Below, piece by piece: positions 26,022 through 30,002 of a stretch of 30,002 nt of DNA. Below the pieces are notes generated by a model that worked only from the letters and a program-made list of their open reading frames with translations, searched no databases and was not told the DNA's origin. Made by a program: the position numbers and the translations under genes. The stretch's first letter is position 1. Each line of letters opens with the position of its first letter. The DNA comes from an uncultured Candidatus Saccharibacteria bacterium (lineage in GTDB: Bacteria; Patescibacteriota; Minisyncoccia; Phycocordibacterales; UBA2100), in NCBI GenBank assembly GCA_964409155.1, contig CAYPCF010000001.1:4404-34405 (forward strand), written 5' to 3'.

Positions 26022-26082
26022 CAGATTAAAAATCTGACAGCTAACAATGTCTGTCGCAGTGCTTCTCACCTTGCACAACTGA

Positions 26083-26838
26083 TTAAATATTCACTTTAAG
26101 TATCGGGAATTTATTTTTGAGATGTTCTTGCAAATGCTCAAGGGTCTTGTATATGTGTGTTTTATGGATTTGTTTTAGGTGGCTTTTGTCAAATTTTACT
26201 TCTTGCTCCTCGGAAAAATCTTCTGCCAAGCTCTGCAAAACCTTCAAAGCGACAGCGCTATGGCAGACAAAAGCCGAGGCATCTTGCAGACTGCCCGAAG
26301 GTAGCCTAACTTTGTCTGACTTTTCAAAAATAATAGCCAAGCTCTCTTGATGATCTCCTTGCAATATGACTGCATTTTCATCTTTTTCAGGGTCTTTCTC
26401 ATTCATGTGTATATCATCCAACAGCTTGTTACCGTCAAGCCCGTATTCATCACCGTGTTTAATTAGCAATCCCGCATAGCCGCAACCGGCACATGCCATG
26501 GTTTTGCCTTGCTCTATGGCATGCTCATCTGTATGATATGTTATCTGACCCATTTTATTTTCAAAAAAATTTAAAAGCTCTTTCGAGTCTTGCTCTTTAA
26601 ATACAGCACGCAAAACGGCAAACAAACCGAGAGCGCCTCCCGGATACGCTAACAAACCACCTCTATTATCTCGCCCGTCTATACACCTCCAAGACTTACT
26701 GTTAAAAGCTTCTATCTCATCTTCTGCTTTCGTCTCACCACCTCCTCGTTTGTAGTCAACACTTTTTTTAGGAGCGCCTTGCAATAATTTTTTTATATCC
26801 GGCAATTCAATATTTTCCATAGTCTCTATCATAAACAT
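26083..26838 (-). CDS. Cadmium (zeta-class, CDCA1-like) carbonic anhydrase-like protein
   Basis: CIDGR, PGGALG, HTD...GCG and LQGDHQE match CDCA-repeat motifs. Start could be 26838, 26832 or 26820. Confidence 0.65.
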   Translation of the reverse strand: MFMIETMENIELPDIKKLLQGAPKKSVDYKRGGGETKAEDEIEAFNSKSWRCIDGRDNRGGLLAYPGGALGLFAVLRAVFKEQDSKELLNFFENKMGQITYHTDEHAIEQGKTMACAGCGYAGLLIKHGDEYGLDGNKLLDDIHMNEKDPEKDENAVILQGDHQESLAIIFEKSDKVRLPSGSLQDASAFVCHSAVALKVLQSLAEDFSEEQEVKFDKSHLKQIHKTHIYKTLEHLQEHLKNKFPILKVNI

Positions 26839-26845
26839 TTAAATT

Positions 26846-26879
26846 AATAAAAGCCCACACAGGATACTCCCGTATGAGC
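26846..26879 (-). terminator. Intrinsic terminator after rpoD
   Basis: Minus strand GCUCAUACGGGA-GUA-UCCUGUGUGGGC (12 bp with 3 GU pairs) followed by UUUUAUU. Confidence 0.7.
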
Positions 26880-26900
26880 AAAAGTCAAGTTGAAAATGCT

Positions 26901-28196
26901 CTAATAATCTTTTATCTTTTTTGCTTCTTCGTGGTTGCGCAGTTTTTCCAATGCTTTTGCTTCTATCTGACGGATACGCTCTCTTGTAACTCCAAATTTG
27001 TTGCCAACCTCTTCAAGAGTGTAGCTGACTCCTTCCGGGTTTAGTCCGTTTCTTAGTTTAAGTATTTCTCTCTCTTTCTCAGTTAAAAGATTTAACATGT
27101 CTTGCAAGTGCTTGGACAATATATCCTTGTCCGCCGCCTGGTCAGGCCTGTCTATGCTGTCATCCGCCACAAAATTACCTAAAGTGGACTTACCGTCCTC
27201 ATCATCACCTACCGGCTTCTCAAGTGAGACTATGCTTTGTTTGATTTTCTCTATATGGTGTATTTTACTTACATCAAGTCCCATCTCTTGGGCTATTTCT
27301 TCAGAGCTTGGGTCACGCCCCAAGATTTGAGAAAGCTCTCGCATCTTTTGCTTGTATTTGGCTATTGTCTCAACCATGTGCACCGGAATACGTATTGTGC
27401 GCGACTGATCCGCCAAAGCTCTGGTAACCGCTTGCCTAATCCACCAAGTTGCATATGTTGAAAACTTATATCCTTTTTTATAGTCAAATTTATCTACAGC
27501 TTTAAAAAGACCGATGTTCCCCTCCTGAATCAAATCCAACAAAGTCAAATCCGGCGAACGACCAACATACTTCTTTGCAATGGAAACAACCAAACGCAAA
27601 TTTGAACGCGCAAGTATCATTCTTGCCTCATCATCACCTTGCTCTATGCGTTTTGCAAGCTCCACTTCCTGCTGAGCATTCAGAAGACTGTATTGCCCTA
27701 TCTCTCTTAGATACATTTGCACAGAATCTTTCTTACCTGTGCCCATGTGCAAGAGTTGTTTTTTCGCCAACAAATCATCTCCCGTCTCATCAAGGATACC
27801 ACCTGATTCCAAGACATCTATACCCGCTCCGGAGAACTTGTCATACAAATCTTCCAAAAAACTCACATCTTCCTCTATGTCCGGGAACTCCTTCAATATT
27901 TCATCATATGTAACATAACCGTGCCCGCGCGCCTTGTCCAAAAGTTCCTCGGCTTTGTTAAGTCTGTCTAAAAGGGCGGTCTTTGGCGCTGCGGCTTTTT
28001 TCTTGGCTTTTGCCGTCTTTTTTGGGGTTTTTGCAAACGCTTTTTTAACCGCATTTTTTTTGCTTCCGGCCTTGCTTGTTTTTGTCGCTTTCTTTTTAGT
28101 CGTGCTTTTAGATGCCGCCTTTTTGGCGCTTTGTTTCTTCGGCGTTTTTGCGACACCTTTAGATGCTTTTTTCTTTACCGATTTTTTACTTGCCAT
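26901..28196 (-). CDS. rpoD: Primary sigma factor RpoD/SigA with a Lys/Ala-rich N-terminal extension
   Basis: DSVQMYLREIG, NLRLVVSIAKKY, DLIQEGNIGL, KFSTYATWWIRQA, RTIRIPVHM, GVTRERIRQIEAKAL. Confidence 0.97.
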   Translation of the reverse strand: MASKKSVKKKASKGVAKTPKKQSAKKAASKSTTKKKATKTSKAGSKKNAVKKAFAKTPKKTAKAKKKAAAPKTALLDRLNKAEELLDKARGHGYVTYDEILKEFPDIEEDVSFLEDLYDKFSGAGIDVLESGGILDETGDDLLAKKQLLHMGTGKKDSVQMYLREIGQYSLLNAQQEVELAKRIEQGDDEARMILARSNLRLVVSIAKKYVGRSPDLTLLDLIQEGNIGLFKAVDKFDYKKGYKFSTYATWWIRQAVTRALADQSRTIRIPVHMVETIAKYKQKMRELSQILGRDPSSEEIAQEMGLDVSKIHHIEKIKQSIVSLEKPVGDDEDGKSTLGNFVADDSIDRPDQAADKDILSKHLQDMLNLLTEKEREILKLRNGLNPEGVSYTLEEVGNKFGVTRERIRQIEAKALEKLRNHEEAKKIKDY

Positions 28197-28200
28197 AAAA

Positions 28201-29907
28201 TTATAATTTTGCTAATTCTTTAGCCAACTGAGCAATTCTAACACTTAATTTTTCAGCTTCAAGTTCATTTGCTGCCGCTTCCAGATTCCGCAACTCCGCC
28301 GTCATAAGATCCAACTTCCACTTTAATAAAAATTTCTTGTTAGTGTTGATAAAATCCTGCGCTGCACTTTTTATGTTGTCAGAACTTAAGAGGGTTTTGT
28401 CCAATTCATTGTAAGCTTCAAGTAAATACTCTTCAGAGACATCCTCTTGTCTGTTGTCCGCAAGAAGCTCATCTATCTGTAAGACCAATTCGGTCTTGTC
28501 CTTTTCTGAGATTACAGCAGCCTTCAACTGCGTAAGCCACTTCTTTAGTATATAAAGATCCAATACCCTTTCTTTTACCCCTTTTGTTTCTTGTTTGTTG
28601 CGAGAAGGCGTTTTATCGCTCATGCTTCCCATTTGCGGTTGTTCTCGTTCTGCATCCGCCAAAACAGCTGCGACAGACACCGCCATAGCTTTGGCAAGCT
28701 TATTTGCCAAAAGCTCCCTTTCTGTTTTAGACTCTACAAAAGCCAGAAGCGGAACAACTTTCTCTCTCAAGAGCTTAGCATATTTGTCTTGGTTTTGCAA
28801 TTTGTTATGAAAATGCTTTATCAAAAAATCAATTATATTCAAAGCGTCTTTTACCAACTCTTTTATGGCATCTGCACCTTCTTTTTTAAGGACATCTGCA
28901 GGATCCTCTCCTGCTTCAAGCGCCAAGACTTTGACATCAAAACCCAAAGAGAAAAGTTTAGGCACATTCTTAATCATAGCCGTAACACCGGCATCGTCTG
29001 AGTCTAAAGCAAGCAGTATGTTTTTGCTGAAACGCCCCAACAAAGACAAGTGTTTATCTGTTAAAGCCGTGCCGGAAAGAGCCACGGTGTTTGAAAAACC
29101 GGCCTGATGCATGGCCAAAAGGTCAGCCTGTCCTTCCACCAAAATTGAAAAGTCGTATTTTCTTATTGATTGCTTGGCTATGTGATAGCCGTATAAAATT
29201 GAGCTCTTATTATAGATTGGAGTCTCGGGAGAGTTTATATACTTTGCTGATTTGTCGTTATCTTTTGCAAAGATGCGCCCGGAAAAAGCTGCCACTTCCC
29301 CTTTCTCATTATATATGGGAAACATAATTCTTGAGCGGAAGCGGTCATATGTCTTCCCGGTCTCAGCTGTCTTGATTAGCCCGGCCTTTTCTATCTCTTC
29401 TGTCTTATAGCCTAAAGACAGCAGATACTTCAGCACGGCATCCCAAGCATCGGGCGCAAAGCCCAGAGAAAATTTCTCTATAATTTCTTTACTCAGACCC
29501 CTGTCTGAGAGGTATTGCATTGCGTCATTTCGCTTTTGTAACTCTTGTCTGTAGAAATTTGCAGCCTTGTTGAGGATTTCCAAAAGCTTTTTATTCTCCT
29601 TTGAAGATTGTTTGTCTGCAAAATGTCTGTCTTTGACTTCAACTCCGACTTTATCAGCCAATCGCCTTAGAGCCTCTTTAAAATCTATGCCTTCTATCTC
29701 TTCTATAAAGGTAAATATATCACCATGTTTGCCGCAACCAAAACAATGAAAAGTCCCACGCTCCGGAGTTACTATAAAAGACGGTGTCTTCTCAGCATGA
29801 AACGGGCACAAACCTTTAAGGTGCACACCGGCAGGTTTAAGTGTTAAATATTCAGAAACCAGCTCTTCTATCGCCAGTCTCTCTTTAATCTCTTGGACAG
29901 TATCCAT
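28201..29907 (-). CDS. dnaG: DNA primase
   Basis: CHC2 zinc finger CPFHAEKTPSF...CFGC, DRFRSRIMFPI, KYINSPET, Toprim VEGQAD and DSDDAG; 4 nt upstream of rpoD. Confidence 0.97.
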   Translation of the reverse strand: MDTVQEIKERLAIEELVSEYLTLKPAGVHLKGLCPFHAEKTPSFIVTPERGTFHCFGCGKHGDIFTFIEEIEGIDFKEALRRLADKVGVEVKDRHFADKQSSKENKKLLEILNKAANFYRQELQKRNDAMQYLSDRGLSKEIIEKFSLGFAPDAWDAVLKYLLSLGYKTEEIEKAGLIKTAETGKTYDRFRSRIMFPIYNEKGEVAAFSGRIFAKDNDKSAKYINSPETPIYNKSSILYGYHIAKQSIRKYDFSILVEGQADLLAMHQAGFSNTVALSGTALTDKHLSLLGRFSKNILLALDSDDAGVTAMIKNVPKLFSLGFDVKVLALEAGEDPADVLKKEGADAIKELVKDALNIIDFLIKHFHNKLQNQDKYAKLLREKVVPLLAFVESKTERELLANKLAKAMAVSVAAVLADAEREQPQMGSMSDKTPSRNKQETKGVKERVLDLYILKKWLTQLKAAVISEKDKTELVLQIDELLADNRQEDVSEEYLLEAYNELDKTLLSSDNIKSAAQDFINTNKKFLLKWKLDLMTAELRNLEAAANELEAEKLSVRIAQLAKELAKL

Positions 29908-29914
29908 TGGCTAT

Positions 29915-29943
29915 AGCTTAGCAGAAAAACTCCCAACATCCAA
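29915..29943 (-). promoter_or_regulatory. Promoter for dnaG-rpoD (leaderless-type)
   Basis: Minus strand TTGGAT, 17 nt, (TGc)TAAGCT, 7 nt, ATG. Confidence 0.55.
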
Positions 29944-30002
29944 CACCCCTACACCCCCAACCACCCCAAAAGGGAGTCAAAGAAATTTTGTAACGGTGAG
30001 CT

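Noticed and set aside
27968-28206. Alternative ORFs over the rpoD 5' end, and a 9-nt TTTTGCGAC match to the dif-like right arm at 28147-28155
   Set aside because: Frame shadows of the Lys/Ala-rich tail; a single 9-mer in coding sequence is within chance.
1-30002. tRNA, rRNA, tmRNA, riboswitch, IS or integrase genes
   Set aside because: No intergenic gap has a cloverleaf or known RNA motif; the largest gaps are under 200 nt; no transposase or recombinase ORF was recognised.

Overview
Gene-dense bacterial chromosome segment in standard genetic code. Gene content suggests Patescibacteria/CPR, probably Parcubacteria (inference: tandem TrbC/VirB2-like pilins, NusB-Nudix fusion, SET protein, tailed L32, almost no Shine-Dalgarno motifs). 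Core genes: clpB, queA, an SPFH protein, M23 peptidase, gltX, DHH phosphoesterase, murG, rnc, nusB, rpmF, rnhB, hisS, DEDD exonuclease, DsbA-like protein, UvrD-nuclease fusion, rpoD, dnaG. No tRNA, rRNA, CRISPR array or transposase was recognised. Main observations: (1) a symmetric 11-6-11 dif-like site at 9060-9087 exactly where gene orientation flips, with two more direct copies of its left arm, one bracketing a ~1 kb orphan HTH gene; (2) a divergent RelA/SpoT-synthetase-like orphan about 550 bp from a NusB-Nudix fusion; (3) a 1087-aa probably exported orphan with a clan-CD-like His/Cys dyad; (4) at least 11 genes with a -10 box only 6-8 nt before ATG, suggesting pervasive leaderless mRNA; (5) a zeta-carbonic-anhydrase-like ORF. 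All assignments come from motif reading by eye; no searches were run.
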